NCBI GenBank assembly: GCA_035559535.1
Contig: DATMBG010000039.1
Coordinates: 56,816 to 76,815, forward strand
DNA: 20,000 nt
Direction of reading: 5' to 3'
Origin: Candidatus Limnocylindrales bacterium
GTDB taxonomy: Bacteria; Moduliflexota; Moduliflexia; Moduliflexales; JAUQPW01
Position 1 is the stretch's first letter. Every line of letters starts with the position of its first letter. Under the pieces are notes generated by a model. The model did no database searches. It was not told the origin of the DNA and saw only the letters and a program-made list of their open reading frames with translations. Positions 19,111-20,000 of this stretch are shown here, in pieces. The translations under genes were made by a program, and so were the position numbers.

Positions 19111-19805
19111 ATCTGCTCTGCGAATTTATATCCGATGCCTCGAACCGTTTTAATATATCGAGGGGCCGCGGGATTTTCTTCAATTTGAGATCGCAAGCGT
19201 GTAATGTGGACATCGACCGTTCGAGGTTCTACAAATACTTCGTCTCCCCAAACGGCTTGAAGCAACTGATCTCGGCTATAAACCCGTCCTCGATTCATCG
19301 CAAGAAATTTTAATAACTTAAAATCCGTAGCGCTTAAGTTAAGGGGCTGTCCTTTAAAGAGAACCTGATATTTCTCTGTATCGATGGAGAGATCTCCAAT
19401 TTGAATAACAGGGGTTTCGGTGATTGCAGCCTCTATGCGTCGTAATACCGCTTTAACTCGAGCCACCAGCTCTCGGGGGCTAAAAGGTTTTGTAATATAA
19501 TCATCTGCCCCGAGCTCTAAGCCGAGGACTTTGTCCATCTCTTCTGCCCGAGCTGTTAACATAATAATAGGGATTTTTGAGGTTGCGGAGTTATTTTTTA
19601 ACCGTTTGCAAATCTCAAAGCCCTGGATACCGGGTAGCATCAAATCTAAAATAATGAGGGAAGGAAGTTCTTTCTGAATGAGTTTGAGGGCTTCTACCCC
19701 ATTCTGCGCACTGTAAACGTTAAATCCTTCCTTTTTTAGATTATAGGCAACTAATTCTATCAGGTCGCTTTCATCATCGATAATTAAGATTTTTTTTGAT
19801 AACAT
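19107..19805 (-). CDS. phoB: OmpR/PhoB-family response regulator (PhoP/PhoB-like)
   Basis: ILIIDDE, LDLMLPG, IMLTA, GADDYITKPFSPREL and the winged-helix RTVDVHI.RLR...IKTVRGIGY. ATG 19805 has a GGAGG RBS at 19808-19812. The track's extension to 19841 runs into the IS end. Confidence 0.9.
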   Translation of the reverse strand: MLSKKILIIDDESDLIELVAYNLKKEGFNVYSAQNGVEALKLIQKELPSLIILDLMLPGIQGFEICKRLKNNSATSKIPIIMLTARAEEMDKVLGLELGADDYITKPFSPRELVARVKAVLRRIEAAITETPVIQIGDLSIDTEKYQVLFKGQPLNLSATDFKLLKFLAMNRGRVYSRDQLLQAVWGDEVFVEPRTVDVHITRLRSQIEENPAAPRYIKTVRGIGYKFAEQI

Positions 19806-19828
19806 AACCTCCCAATCCATCTTTCTTA

Positions 19829-20000
19829 CTGATCTTTGCATAAATATCTAATAAAATCCAAGCTGTTTAATACAACCTTGGATCACATGAATTTTATGTC
19901 GTAAACGTTCCTTAGCCTTACGAAGTTCATACCGTAACTGACAAAGATGTTGACAACTCAAATTCTTCAACTCAACCCGTTTCAAGTAGTTCCAGATCCC
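19829..20000 (-). mobile_element. Right end of an IS630-family insertion sequence (continues beyond the window)
   Basis: Carries the transposase C-terminus (see next feature). A candidate terminal repeat CTGATCTTTGCATAA starts at 19829, next to a TA dinucleotide (19827-19828), the IS630 target site. Confidence 0.7.
19848..20000 (-). CDS. C-terminal 50 aa of an IS630-family DDE transposase (partial; not in the ORF track)
   Basis: Manual translation from 20000: GIWNYLKRVELKNLSCQHLCQLRYELRKAKERLRHKIHVIQGCIKQLGFY*. This resembles the (NP.E).IW..LK....N helix that follows the catalytic Glu of IS630 transposases. Confidence 0.75.
   Translation of the reverse strand, partial: GIWNYLKRVELKNLSCQHLCQLRYELRKAKERLRHKIHVIQGCIKQLGFY

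Overview
Bacterial chromosomal segment, probably from a diderm (it encodes an outer-membrane porin). Left to right: the 3' part of an NTPase-TPR protein of the adenylate-cyclase/AAA type and a polytopic membrane protein (+). Next is a minus-strand stress block: CLC-CBS-RCK_C anion transporter, groES, groEL, then a tight four-gene unit (HPF/RaiA-ECF sigma fusion, soluble zinc anti-sigma, GGQ-less aeRF1-like baeRF1/Balon-type protein, unknown 127-aa protein). Then come glnE, a GC-rich inverted-repeat element, ureG-ureD without urease genes, and a Pho-box-preceded OprO/P-like porin (+) abutting a convergent phoP/phoB-phoR pair. At the right edge is the 3' end of an IS630-family element, missed by the ORF track, inserted just upstream of the response-regulator RBS. 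The best candidate for an under-described system is the 2483-5435 unit, which appears to couple two ribosome-hibernation-type factors to an ECF sigma/anti-sigma switch next to a chaperonin operon. All family assignments are from motif recognition only; no searches were run.
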